A DNA stretch of 64,000 nucleotides from Alphaproteobacteria bacterium (GCA_965243135.1 OZ251539.1:1824001-1888000), one strand, 5' to 3'; positions 52,358-62,774 are shown, counted from the stretch's first letter. A program made the numbers and translations. Notes: generated by a model from the sequence alone, not told the origin.

Positions 52358-53569
52358 TCAAACGGTATGGCGCCCGGGTCCGAACTCCTGCATGATCTTG
52401 TTCCGGGCGATGCGCACGCGCCGCATCGATGGCGGCGTGTTGCGAGAGCGGCCGACGAAACGCGGCGCGCCGTCGGTGAACGCCGCGGGAATCGCGGGAT
52501 AATCCCCATGCTTGATGGCGTCGAGCGCAGCCGTCTTGCTGCCGCCGAGCGGCGCGTCGACGAGTATCACGTCCGCCGCCTTGCCCGGTTTCAGAAAACC
52601 GGTGTCGAGCTTGTAAACGGCAGCGTTGTTGCCGGTCGCGGCCGCGACGATCATCTCCGCAGGGTACTTCGTAAGGCACGAAAGTTCGCAGACCGTCTTG
52701 ATCATGCCGAGCGGCATGACGCCGGTTCCTGTCGGCGTGTCCGTCGCGAGGATCAGCCGGTCGTATGCGCCGGCGTCCACCGCAAGTCCGAGGCACATCA
52801 AGGACGTCCGGATGTTCCCGGCCTGACAGAGCTGAAGCGCGATGTCGCTCTCGTTGACGATGCGCGGGAAATCCTCGTCCGGCATCGCCACCGGCCCTCC
52901 GTTGACGTGGAAGGAAACGTCCGGCTTCATGTCGAGCAAGTGGTCTCCGGTGATCGGCGACGAATCCGGTATCGAGGCGCCGCCGGTGTGCACGTTCACG
53001 ATCATGCCGGCCTTCTGCGCCATCCGCACGTAGGGCGTGTATTCGAAGGGCGATTCGAATTTCCCGAATCCGGCCTTGGCGAGCCAGACGCCCTGCCGCG
53101 CGGCCGCGTCGAAATGCCCCTGCTCGAGACCGGGTTCGATGATGATCGCGCCCGCGTGCACGTGCATTCCGCCCGGCGAATAGTTGTCGAAGCTCTTCTT
53201 GGCGGCGACCGCGAGGGCGACCACTCCGTCGGGGTCGCTCGGCCGCCCGGGCACGTGCACCTCGCTCGCCGAAATCGACGTCGTCACGCCGCCGTGAAGA
53301 TAGCTTTCGAGGAACCCGATGGTTCTCTGCCGCGGCGTATAGTCGGCGAACGCCACATGAACCTGCGAATCGATCAGACCCGGCATCGCGGTCGTCCCGT
53401 CCGCATCGAGAACGAAATCGCACGAGTCGATTTCCGCGGCCGAGAGCGTGCCGATCTTCGAGATGCGGCCGCGCTCCATCAGGATGGAATCGCCCTGCCC
53501 CAAGGGATCCCGCCAGTCGCCGGTGACCAAGCACCCGATGTTGACGATCGCAGTCTTCATTCGCGCCAC
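52358..53569 (-). CDS. Enamidase-like amidohydrolase
   Basis: 'PGLIDSQVH...DYTPRQ', 'SASEVHVPGRP', 'HTGGAS', 'HVNGGP', 'ATDTPTG'. Confidence 0.85.
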   Translation of the reverse strand: MARMKTAIVNIGCLVTGDWRDPLGQGDSILMERGRISKIGTLSAAEIDSCDFVLDADGTTAMPGLIDSQVHVAFADYTPRQRTIGFLESYLHGGVTTSISASEVHVPGRPSDPDGVVALAVAAKKSFDNYSPGGMHVHAGAIIIEPGLEQGHFDAAARQGVWLAKAGFGKFESPFEYTPYVRMAQKAGMIVNVHTGGASIPDSSPITGDHLLDMKPDVSFHVNGGPVAMPDEDFPRIVNESDIALQLCQAGNIRTSLMCLGLAVDAGAYDRLILATDTPTGTGVMPLGMIKTVCELSCLTKYPAEMIVAAATGNNAAVYKLDTGFLKPGKAADVILVDAPLGGSKTAALDAIKHGDYPAIPAAFTDGAPRFVGRSRNTPPSMRRVRIARNKIMQEFGPGRHTV

Positions 53570-54145
53570 CTATCTCAACCCGTCCTCGCCGACGATGTCT
53601 TCCTTGCGCGGTCCCCCGATCCGATGGTTCAGCCGTCCGCGATTGGCGAAGCAGCAGACGATGCAAATTTCGTCGGGCAACGGCGCGTCGGGCACCATGA
53701 TCGTCATTCCGTCGTAATGCGAGCGCACGAACAGCGCGTCCTTGTGAGCGAGCGGAACGTCGAGCGTCTCGCCGGGCGCGGCGCGCTTGGTGAACGACGA
53801 TATCCAGGCCTTGCCGCCGCCCGCCGCGGCCCGGAGAGCGTCGCCGTAAACGGTCGTAAGGCACGCGACCCCGTGTTCCTGCTCGCCGGCCATCCCGACC
53901 AGCGCGGCCTTGCCGTAGGAGTCCACCGCATAGGGTTTCATCCGTTCGACGCCCATTGCCGCGATCCTTTCGCCGAGAGCGCCGCTGGCGTCGATCAGGC
54001 CGCTCAAATCGCCGACATAGCCCCTGCCCGCGTACGGATTGGCGACGACGGCGACGACCGCGACCTTCCGCAACGGTTCGTCGGACGTCCGGCCCATTTC
54101 GGAAAACGTTTCCTCGATGACGGTGTACAGGCGCCTCGTTTCCAT
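53570..54145 (-). CDS. 'Amino acid synthesis' family protein (DUF1185)
   Basis: 'VVANPYAG', 'YGKAALVG..GEQEHG', 'DVPLAHK...RSHYD', 'DAPLPDEI'. Confidence 0.85.
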   Translation of the reverse strand: METRRLYTVIEETFSEMGRTSDEPLRKVAVVAVVANPYAGRGYVGDLSGLIDASGALGERIAAMGVERMKPYAVDSYGKAALVGMAGEQEHGVACLTTVYGDALRAAAGGGKAWISSFTKRAAPGETLDVPLAHKDALFVRSHYDGMTIMVPDAPLPDEICIVCCFANRGRLNHRIGGPRKEDIVGEDGLR

Positions 54146-54307
54146 CCAGGCCGTTCTCCCCGCAACATGTCCGCGGCGTCGTCCGACGGGCGGCGCGCCT
54201 CGACCCGACAATAGCGGCTGGCGGCGAAGGCGCAAACCGTTCTCGACAACTGTTGTCGCGGACGGCGTTGGCTGGCAGGATCCGCCGCGGACGAAAAGGA
54301 ATGCGAG

Positions 54308-55438
54308 ATGCAGCAACGGCCGGTCCTGGACAACCCGCTCTACAACGACAACAGGATGAAGATCGGCATCATCGCCATGAACTGCAGCCATGGCTCCACG
54401 ATCACGACAGCGGAAAACACTTGGGAAATGAACTGGCCGGACACGCGCGACGTCGCCGTCATGGCCGATCGCGCCGGTTTCGAAGTGCTGCTGCCGGTTG
54501 CCCGCTGGCGCGGCTACGGCGGCGAGACCAACTTCAACAACCGCACTTTCGAGACTTACAACTGGGCCGCCGCGGTAGCCGCCGTGACCGGCCATTCGTG
54601 CATTTTCTCCACGTCGCACGTGCCGCTCACCCATCCCGTAGCCGCCGCCAAGCAGTGCGCGACGATCGACCATATTTCCGGCGGACGTTTCGCCCTGAAC
54701 GTCGTCTGCGGCTGGTTCAAGAACGAATTCGAAATGTTCGGCGCCGAATGGCGGGAACACGACGCGCGCTACGAGTACGCTACGGAGTGGCTGGAATTCG
54801 TGCGGCGCATCTGGACGGAGGACGGAGAGTTCGATTTCGAGGGACGCTGGTTCAATTCCAGAAACGTCTGGAGCGAACCCAAGCCGATCCAGCGTCCGAC
54901 GCCGCCCGTGATGAACGCCGGCGGTTCCCCGGCCGGTCAGAAATTCGCCGCGACCCAGGCCGACATGAACTTCGTAATTCTGAAGCAACGGGATCTCGAG
55001 GGCGGCAAGGCGCAGATCGGCCATCTGAAGGGAATGGCGCGCGAAGCGGGCAGAAGCGTTCAAAGCTGGATCCATGTCTACGTCGTCTGCCGCGACACGG
55101 AAAAGGAAGCGCAGGACTATCTCCACTACTACGTCGTCGAGAAGGGCGACCGGCAGGCCGTCGACAACCTGCTCGAAATCTTCGGCATGCAGTCGGAGAC
55201 CCTCCCGCCGGAGGCGCTCGACGAATTCCGGTTTCATTTCATCGCGGGTCACGGCGGCTATCCGCTCGTGGGCACCGCCGAACGGATCGTCGACGAAATC
55301 GGCAAGCTGATCGAGATCGGCGTCGACGGCATCCTCGTTTCGTGGGTGGATTACAAGAGCGAATGTCGGCAATGGATCGACGAAGTGATGCCGCTGATGG
55401 TCCAGGCCGGACAGCGCAAGGCCTTCGTCGGCGCATGA
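54308..55438 (+). CDS. Luciferase-like (LLM) flavin-dependent monooxygenase
   Basis: 'LPVARWRGYGG', 'TIDHISGGRFALNVVCGW', 'MNAGGSPAG'. Confidence 0.9.
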   Translation: MQQRPVLDNPLYNDNRMKIGIIAMNCSHGSTITTAENTWEMNWPDTRDVAVMADRAGFEVLLPVARWRGYGGETNFNNRTFETYNWAAAVAAVTGHSCIFSTSHVPLTHPVAAAKQCATIDHISGGRFALNVVCGWFKNEFEMFGAEWREHDARYEYATEWLEFVRRIWTEDGEFDFEGRWFNSRNVWSEPKPIQRPTPPVMNAGGSPAGQKFAATQADMNFVILKQRDLEGGKAQIGHLKGMAREAGRSVQSWIHVYVVCRDTEKEAQDYLHYYVVEKGDRQAVDNLLEIFGMQSETLPPEALDEFRFHFIAGHGGYPLVGTAERIVDEIGKLIEIGVDGILVSWVDYKSECRQWIDEVMPLMVQAGQRKAFVGA

Positions 55439-55511
55439 GCCGCCGCGTATTTCGGGATCTCGCCGGCGCGGCGCGGCGTCCGCCTCGCGCGGGACGGCGG
55501 TGAGTCCGCGA

Positions 55512-57131
55512 ATGTCCCGGCAGTACGATTACGTCGTCGTCGGCGCCGGTTCGGCCGGGTGCGTCCTCGCCAACCGGCTGACGGCCGATCCCGAACGTTC
55601 CGTCCTGCTCCTCGAAGCAGGCGGCAAGGATCGCAATCCGCTGGTCAGATTGCCGATGCTGATGGGAAAGCTGTTCCTCTCCGGCCTCTATAACTGGAGC
55701 TACCATACCGAGCCGGTTCCGGCCCTGGGCGGCAGGTCGTTGTACTGGCCGCGCGGCAAAGTGCTGGGCGGCTCTTCGACCATCAACGGCATGGTCTACG
55801 TGCGCGGCAATCGCCATGACTACGACCGTTGGGCGCAGTCCGGCCTGCCGGAATGGTCTTACGACGAAGTGTTGCCCGCGTTTCGCCGTTCCGAAGGACA
55901 CGTTCAACGCGCGGACGATTATCACGGAACGGAAGGCGAGTTGACCGTGTGCCGGGCGCGCGGTTCGAATCCGTTGTTCGACGTTTTCGTGGAAGCCGGC
56001 CGCCAAGCCGGCTATCCGGTCAACGACGACTTCAACGGCGCGGAACAGGAAGGTTTCGGGCGTTACGACTTCACCATCAGGAACGGAAAGCGCTGGTCGA
56101 CTTCGTTCGCCTTCCTCCGCCCGATCCGGCGGCGCCGCAACCTTTCGATTCTCACCGGAGCGCTCGTCCGGAAAGTGGTCGTCGAGAACGGTCGGGCGAC
56201 CGGCGTCGAGATCTCGCAAGGCGGGCGCCGCCGGACGATTCGCGCCGCTCGCGAAATCGTCCTTTGCGCCGGCACGGTCAACTCGCCCCAGATCCTCATG
56301 CTGTCGGGCGTCGGGCCCGCCGACGAGATGAAGCGGCACGGGATCGAAGTCGTCCGCGAGCTGCCGGGCGTCGGCCGGAATCTCCAGGACCACGTCGATT
56401 GCGTGATTTCCTACGAATGCACGCAACCCGTCACGCTCTACAGGGATCTCCGGGTCGACCGGCTGATATTCTCGGTCGCCCAGGGCCTGTTCTTCGGCCG
56501 GGGCGTCGTCACCACGTTTCCCTACGAGGGAGGGGCGTTTCTGAAAACGCGTCCCGAACTGCTCGCGCCCGACATACAATTGCACTTCATGCCGACGCTC
56601 GAAAAGACGGCGAACCTGCACTTCTCGAATCCCTTCCGGAGCGAGCCGGCCGAAGCCCATCACGGATTTACGCTCCGGGTCGGGCCGATCAATCCGGAAA
56701 GCCGCGGATTCATCGCGCTCCGCTCGGCCGACCCCGCCGACGCCCCGAAAATTCAGCCCAACTACCTCGAGGACGAAGCCGACTGCAGGACGACGATCGC
56801 CGGGATTCGAATAATCAGGAAGGTAATCGGCCAGCCCGCGTTCGCCCCCTACAGAGGGCGGGAACTCGCGCCCGGCGAAGCGCTGCGCAGCGACGGCGAA
56901 CTCGCCGAATGGCTCCGCGCGAACGCGATGACCACGTTCCACCCCGTGGGCACGTGCAGAATGGGAAACGACCCGATGTCGGTGGTGAACTCCCGGCTTG
57001 CCGTTCACGGCGTCGCCGGACTTCGGGTGGCGGACGCTTCCGTCATGCCGATCATTTCCAGCGGAAACACCAACGCGCCGGCGATCATGATCGGCGAGAA
57101 AGCGGCCGAGTTCATTCACGAAGAAACGTGA
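55512..57131 (+). CDS. GMC oxidoreductase (choline dehydrogenase-like)
   Basis: GAGSAG, RGKVLGGSSTINGM, NLQDH, HPVGTCRMG, GNTNAP. Confidence 0.93.
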   Translation: MSRQYDYVVVGAGSAGCVLANRLTADPERSVLLLEAGGKDRNPLVRLPMLMGKLFLSGLYNWSYHTEPVPALGGRSLYWPRGKVLGGSSTINGMVYVRGNRHDYDRWAQSGLPEWSYDEVLPAFRRSEGHVQRADDYHGTEGELTVCRARGSNPLFDVFVEAGRQAGYPVNDDFNGAEQEGFGRYDFTIRNGKRWSTSFAFLRPIRRRRNLSILTGALVRKVVVENGRATGVEISQGGRRRTIRAAREIVLCAGTVNSPQILMLSGVGPADEMKRHGIEVVRELPGVGRNLQDHVDCVISYECTQPVTLYRDLRVDRLIFSVAQGLFFGRGVVTTFPYEGGAFLKTRPELLAPDIQLHFMPTLEKTANLHFSNPFRSEPAEAHHGFTLRVGPINPESRGFIALRSADPADAPKIQPNYLEDEADCRTTIAGIRIIRKVIGQPAFAPYRGRELAPGEALRSDGELAEWLRANAMTTFHPVGTCRMGNDPMSVVNSRLAVHGVAGLRVADASVMPIISSGNTNAPAIMIGEKAAEFIHEET

Positions 57132-57466
57132 GTTCGTTTCCTTCGAGGCTTTGCGACCGGGTTTTGCGGGAAATCAATCGACGAAGACCGCGAATCGTCG
57201 GCCGACGCGGCGCGATGAACTGCAGGCCCTTTGGCTTCTACCGTCGACGCGGCTCGGGAAGCTTTGCGCAGCGGTCGCGGTTCGCTTCCGCAAGCCGCCG
57301 CCGGACGATGACTCGAGCATCGGAAAGTTCGCCGCCGTCTGCCGAACCGCGCGAGGCGGGACTCCGACGATCCGAGAAGATTTCGCGAAGCAGGAAAGCG
57401 ATACGCCAAGATACCCGCGCCCCTTCGGTCTCCGCGATCCAGATTCCGACGCGAAAGCTGCCGCGG

Positions 57467-59003
57467 TCAGGCGGTCTCGAACTCGAACCCGACGATGTTG
57501 CGCTCTTCCCGTCCGAACTCCATGCCGATCAACCGGCACGCCGAGATGCCGGTACTTGTCCGCGTAGCCGCGCTCCCGCATCTGCGCCAGCGCTTGGCCT
57601 TCGTGCTGTTGGTCCACGACCTTGAACTCGTACAGATGCACGCATCCCGGACTCAGCACCGCCATGTCCAGGCGTCCGCGGGCGGTCGCTTCCTCGACCC
57701 GAACGTCCAGACCCGCCGCCGCGAAGTGCGAGTAGACGAGGGCCGCCCAATAGCCCTCGTAGAGCTCGTTCTTCCGGTGCCAGTCGTGAGGAACGCTCGC
57801 GAAGAACGCCTCGAACAGCGTCCTCACCTTCTCCGGATCGTCCTCCGCCGTCAGCCTGGCCAGCTCCGCCTGCCGCGTCGCCTCCTGCCCCGTCGCCGGC
57901 GCCATGACGCGCAGCAGCCTCTTGTTCAGGCTGAGTTTCACCTCGTAGTTCGGGTAGTCCAGCCGGTAGCGGCTGCCGCCGGCGGCGGCCTCCTCGCCGA
58001 CGATGGTCAGATAGCCGGTCTGGAACAAAAGCGCTTCGGTCGAGATGTCGTCGACGTCGAAGGTCGACAGCAGTTCGTCGTCCGCGACAAGCCCCTCAAG
58101 GGCCGGAGGCGCAACCCGGCGCCGCGACAGAAGGTCGACGAGAAAGCGCGGCGTCCCGGTCTCGAACCAGTGCGCCTTGAATTCGCGCGTTTCGAAAAGA
58201 AGCAGGATGTCGAACGGGTTGTAGACCTTGTCCGCGCCGCGCCAGTTGTAGCCGTTGTACCAGCGCCGGATTTCTTCCCGGTCCAGGCCCTCGAGTTCCG
58301 GAGCGAAGACCGCGTCCAGCTCCGCGTCCGTGTAGCCGCAGATGGCGCTGAAACGCGGATCGAGGGTGATGTCGCGCAGGTTGTTCAGGCCCGAGAAAAT
58401 GCCCGCCTGCGAGAACTTGCTCACTCCCGTCAGGAAAACGAAACGCAGCTGCTCGTCGCAGGCCTTGAGCACCCCGTACAGGCTGCGCAGAAAGTCGCGG
58501 TTGGCCCGCGCCAGTTCCCGGTCGCCGAGCGCGTCCAGAATCGGCTTGTCGTATTCGTCCACCAGAATGACCGCCTGCTGCCCGGTGCGCTCGCGCAGGG
58601 CCGCGATCAGTTCCCGGAAGCGGATCGAAACTCTGGCGCTGCCCGGCTCGATGCCGGCCAGCCTCTCCGCCGCCTTCAGTTGCGATTCCGTTTCTTCCCG
58701 AACCCCGTCCGGGTCGCCGAAATCGCCCCCGCCGAAATCCAGCCGCACGACCGGACGGCGCGCCGACCAGTCCCACCCGTCGTGAACGGCGAGGCCCCGG
58801 AACAGCTCCTCGTTTCCCTCGAACAGCTTCTGCAGCGTGTCCACCAGCAGGGTCTTGCCGAACCGGCGCGGACGCGACAGGAAATAGTACTTGCCCCCTT
58901 CGACGAGGCGGCGCACATGGTCCGTCTTGTCGACGTAGTAGCAGTCCATCCCCCGGATCTCGCGCAGGGAGGAAATGCCGGTCGGAAGCATGCGTCTCGC
59001 CAT
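57467..59003 (-). pseudogene. AAA-ATPase/PD-(D/E)XK nuclease, copy 1, with a C-terminal frameshift
   Basis: SRPRRFGKT, DEYDKP, GRLD..YEFK; lacks 5 nt at ~57536 (aaccggcacg vs aaccggatcggcacg in the other copies), so the frame reads on to 57174. Confidence 0.8.
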
Positions 59004-59009
59004 CCGGGC

Positions 59010-59038
59010 AGTTTACGCCCATGGACGGCGGCGTTCAA
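59010..59038 (-). promoter_or_regulatory. Sigma70-like promoter, leaderless, copy 1
   Basis: TTGAAC-N17-TAAACT-N6-ATG. Confidence 0.6.
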
Positions 59039-59329
59039 AGCCGCCAGCCGTCCGGACGATCAACGCGGGCCGTGCCGAAACGCTCCCGAAACCGGGCTTT
59101 CTCGCGCGCAATGAAGCCGTTCCCGTAGACATGCGGGCGGCCACCGAACGCTCCTTGCCATCGTTCGCTCCAGACCGCCGCCGCGACGCTGTCCGGCGAC
59201 CCCAACGCTCGCCGGGAAGCCAATTCCCGTGCCATCGTCGGCTGCCGCCTCTCGTTCCGTTGCCGCGCTCTGAAGTCGCCCTCCAGTCGCTGCGACCCGG
59301 ATTCCGAGAGGCGGCAAGAGCTGCCGCGG

Positions 59330-60868
59330 TCAAGCGGTCTCGAACTCGACGATGTTGCGCTCTTCCCGGCCGAACTCCATGCCGATCAACCGGATCGGCA
59401 CGCCGAGATGCCGGTACTTGTCCGCGTAGCCGCGCTCCCGAATTTGCGCCAGCGCCCGGCCTTCCGGCCCCCCGTCCACGACCTTGAACTCGTACAGATG
59501 CACGCATCCCGGACTCAGCACAGCCATGTCCAGGCGCCCGTGGGCGGTCGCTTCCTCGACCCGAACGTCCAGACCCGCCGCCGCGAAATGCGAGTAGACG
59601 AGGGCCGCCCAATAGCCCTCGTAGAGCTCGTTCTTCCGGTGCCGGTCGTGAGGAACGCTCGCGAAAAACGCCTCGAACAGCGTCCTCACCTTCTCCGGAT
59701 TGTCCTCCGCCGTCAGCCTGGCCAGTTCCGCCTGCCGCGTCGCCTCCTGCCCCGTTGCCGGCGACATGGCGCGCAACAGCCTCTTGTTCAGGCTGAGCTT
59801 CACCTCGTAGTTCGGGTAGTCCAGCCGGTAGAGGCTCCCGCCGTCGGCGGCCTCCTCGCCGACGATGGTCAGGTAGCCGGTCTGGAACAAAAGCGCTTCG
59901 GTCGAGATGTCGTCGACGTCGAAGGTCGACAGCAAGTCGTCGTCCGCGACCATGCTCTCCAGGGCCGGGGGCGCGATCCGACGCCGCGACAGAAGGTCGA
60001 CGAGGAAGGTCGGCGTGCCGCTCCGGAACCAGTGCGCCTCGAACTGGCGACGCCGGAAAAGCAGCAGGACATCGTACGGGTTGTAGACCTTGTCCGCGCC
60101 GCGCCAGTTGTAGCCGTTGTACCAGCGGCGGACCTCCTCCCGGTCCAAGCCCTCGAGTTCCGGGGCGAAAACCGCGTCCAGCTCCGCATCCGTGTAACCG
60201 CAAATGTCCGAGAACTCCGGCTCCAGCGTGATGTCGATCAGGTTGTTCAGGCCCGAGAAAATGCCCGCCTGCGAGAATTTGCTCACCCCCGTCAGGAAAA
60301 CGAAACGCAGCTGCCTGTCGCAGGCCTTGATCGCCCCGTACAGGCTGCGCAGGAAGTCCCGATTGGCCCGCGCCAGTTCCCGGTCGCCGAGCGCGTCCAG
60401 AATAGGCTTGTCGTATTCGTCGACCAGAACGACCGCCTGCCGCCCGGTACGCTCGTGCAGGGCCTCGATCAATTCCCAGAAACGAACCGACGCCTCGACG
60501 GAGCCCGGTTCAAGGCCGGCGCGCCTCTCCGCCGCCGCCAACTGCGCTTCCACGGTTACGCGAACCCCGTCCGGGGCGCAGAAATCGCCCCCTCTGCTGA
60601 AATCCAGCCGCACGACAGGATGGCGCGCCGACCAGTCCCATTCGTCGTGTATGGCGAGACCCCGGAACGGCACCTCGCTTCCCTCGAACAGCTCCTGCAG
60701 CGTGTCCACAAACAGGGTCTTGCCGAACCGGCGCGGACGCGACAGGAAATAGTGCTTGCCGCCCTCCACGAGGCGGCGCACATGGTCCGTCTTGTCGACG
60801 TAGTAGCAATCCCTCGTCCGGATTTCCCGGAAGGAGGATATGCCGATCGGTAGCATGCGTCTCGCCAT
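59330..60868 (-). CDS. AAA-ATPase (PF09820-like) with PD-(D/E)XK nuclease (PDDEXK_9-like), copy 2
   Basis: YYVDKT, SRPRRFGKT, DEYDKP, LTGVSKF, YNP, GRLD..YEFK, RGYADKY. Confidence 0.93.
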   Translation of the reverse strand: MARRMLPIGISSFREIRTRDCYYVDKTDHVRRLVEGGKHYFLSRPRRFGKTLFVDTLQELFEGSEVPFRGLAIHDEWDWSARHPVVRLDFSRGGDFCAPDGVRVTVEAQLAAAERRAGLEPGSVEASVRFWELIEALHERTGRQAVVLVDEYDKPILDALGDRELARANRDFLRSLYGAIKACDRQLRFVFLTGVSKFSQAGIFSGLNNLIDITLEPEFSDICGYTDAELDAVFAPELEGLDREEVRRWYNGYNWRGADKVYNPYDVLLLFRRRQFEAHWFRSGTPTFLVDLLSRRRIAPPALESMVADDDLLSTFDVDDISTEALLFQTGYLTIVGEEAADGGSLYRLDYPNYEVKLSLNKRLLRAMSPATGQEATRQAELARLTAEDNPEKVRTLFEAFFASVPHDRHRKNELYEGYWAALVYSHFAAAGLDVRVEEATAHGRLDMAVLSPGCVHLYEFKVVDGGPEGRALAQIRERGYADKYRHLGVPIRLIGMEFGREERNIVEFETA

Positions 60869-60874
60869 CCGGGC

Positions 60875-60903
60875 AGTTTACGCCCATGGACGGCGGCGTT
60901 CAA
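60875..60903 (-). promoter_or_regulatory. Sigma70-like promoter, leaderless, copy 2
   Basis: TTGAAC-N17-TAAACT-N6-ATG. Confidence 0.6.
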
Positions 60904-61191
60904 AGCCGCCAGACGTCCGGACGATCAACGCGGGCCGTGCCGAAACGCTCCGAAACCGGGCTTTCTCGCGCGCAATGAAGCCGTTCCCGTAGACATGCGG
61001 GCGGCCACCGAACGCTCCTTGCCATCGTTCGCTCCAGACCGCCGCCGCGACGCTGTCCGGCGACCGACGCTCGCCGGGAAGCCAATTCCCGTGCCATCGT
61101 CGGCTGCCGCCTCTCGTTCCGTTGCCGCGCTCTGAAGTCGCCCTCCAGTCGCTGCGACCCGGATTCCGAGAGGCGGCAAGAGCTGCCGCGA

Positions 61192-62739
61192 TCAAGCGGT
61201 CTCGAACTCGAACCCGACGATGTTGCGCTCTTCCCGGCCGAACTCCATGCCGATCAACCGGATCGGCACGCCGAGATGCCGGTACTTGTCCGCGTAGCCG
61301 CGCTCCCGCATTTGCGCCAGCGCCCGGCCTTCCGGCCCCCCGTCCACGACCTTGAACTCGTACAGATGCACGCACCCCGGGCTGAGCACAGCCATGTCCA
61401 GGCGTCCGCGGGCGGTCGATTCCTCGACCCGAACGTCCAGACCCGCCGCCGCGAAGTGCGAGTAGACGAGGGCCGCCCAATAGCCTTCATAATTCGCGAG
61501 CTCGTTCTTCCGGTGCCAGTCGTGAGGAATGCTCGCGAAGAACGCCTCGAACAGAGCCCTCACTTTCTCCGGATCGTCCTCCGCCGTCAACCTGGCCAGC
61601 TCCGCCTGCCGCGTCGCGTCCTGCCTCGTTGCCGGCGCCATGGCGCGCAACAGCCTCTTGTTCAGGCTGAGCTTCACCTCGTAGTTCGGGTAGTCCAGCC
61701 GGTAGAGGCTGCCGCCATCGGCGGATTCCTCGCCGACGATGGTCAGATAGCCGGTCTGGAACAAAAGCGCTTCGGTCGAGATGTCGTCGACGTCGAAGGC
61801 CGACAGCAACTCGTCGTCCGCGACAAGCCCCTCAAGGGCCGGCGCCGCGACCCGGCGCCGCGACAGAAGGTCGACGAGGAAGGTCGGCGTGCCGGTCCGG
61901 AACCAGTGCGCCTCGAACCTGCGCGTTTCGAAGAGAAGGAGGACGTCGAACGGGTTGTAGACCTTCTCCGCGCCGCACCAGTTGTAGCCGTTGTACCAGC
62001 GCCGGACTTCTTCCCGGTCCAGGCCCTCGAGTTCCGGGGCGAAGACCGCGTCCAGTTCTTCGTCCGTGTAACCGCAAAGGGCGCCGAAACGCGGATCGAG
62101 GGTGATGTCGCGCAGGTTGTTCAGGCCCGAGAAAATGCCCGCCTGCGAGAACTTGCTCACGCCCGTCAGAAAAACGAAACGCAGTTGCTCGTCGCAAGCC
62201 TTGATCACCCCGTACAGGCTGCGCAGGAAGTCGCGGTTGGCCCGCGCCAGTTCCCGGTCGCCGAGCGCGTCCAGAATCGGCTTGTCGTATTCGTCCACCA
62301 GCACGACCGCCCGCTGCCCGGTGCGCTCGTGCAGGGCCGCGATCAGTTCCCGGAAGCGGATCGAAACTCTGGCGCTGCCCGGCTCGATGCCGGCCAGCCT
62401 CTCCGCCGCCTTCAGTTGCGATTCCGTTTCTTCCCGAACCCCGTCCGGGTCGCCGAAATCGCCCCCGCCGAAATCCAGCCGCACGACCGGATGGCGCGCC
62501 GACCAGTCCCACATGCCGTGCACGGCGAGGCCCCGGAACAACTCCTCGCTGCCCTCGAACAACTTCTGCAGCGTGTCCACCAGGAGGGTCTTGCCGAACC
62601 GGCGCGGACGCGACAGAAAATAGTAATCGCCCCCTTCGACGAGTCGGCGCACATGCTCCGTCTTGTCGACGTAGTAGCAATCCCTCGTCCGGATTTTCCG
62701 GAGGGAAGAAATGCCGATCGGAAGCATGCGTCTCGCCAT
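61192..62739 (-). CDS. AAA-ATPase with PD-(D/E)XK nuclease, copy 3
   Basis: Same motifs as copy 2; intact, 515 aa. Confidence 0.93.
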   Translation of the reverse strand: MARRMLPIGISSLRKIRTRDCYYVDKTEHVRRLVEGGDYYFLSRPRRFGKTLLVDTLQKLFEGSEELFRGLAVHGMWDWSARHPVVRLDFGGGDFGDPDGVREETESQLKAAERLAGIEPGSARVSIRFRELIAALHERTGQRAVVLVDEYDKPILDALGDRELARANRDFLRSLYGVIKACDEQLRFVFLTGVSKFSQAGIFSGLNNLRDITLDPRFGALCGYTDEELDAVFAPELEGLDREEVRRWYNGYNWCGAEKVYNPFDVLLLFETRRFEAHWFRTGTPTFLVDLLSRRRVAAPALEGLVADDELLSAFDVDDISTEALLFQTGYLTIVGEESADGGSLYRLDYPNYEVKLSLNKRLLRAMAPATRQDATRQAELARLTAEDDPEKVRALFEAFFASIPHDWHRKNELANYEGYWAALVYSHFAAAGLDVRVEESTARGRLDMAVLSPGCVHLYEFKVVDGGPEGRALAQMRERGYADKYRHLGVPIRLIGMEFGREERNIVGFEFETA

Positions 62740-62745
62740 CCGGGC

Positions 62746-62774
62746 AGTTTACGCCCATGGACGGCGGCGTTCAA
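62746..62774 (-). promoter_or_regulatory. Sigma70-like promoter, leaderless, copy 3
   Basis: TTGAAC-N17-TAAACT-N6-ATG. Confidence 0.6.
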
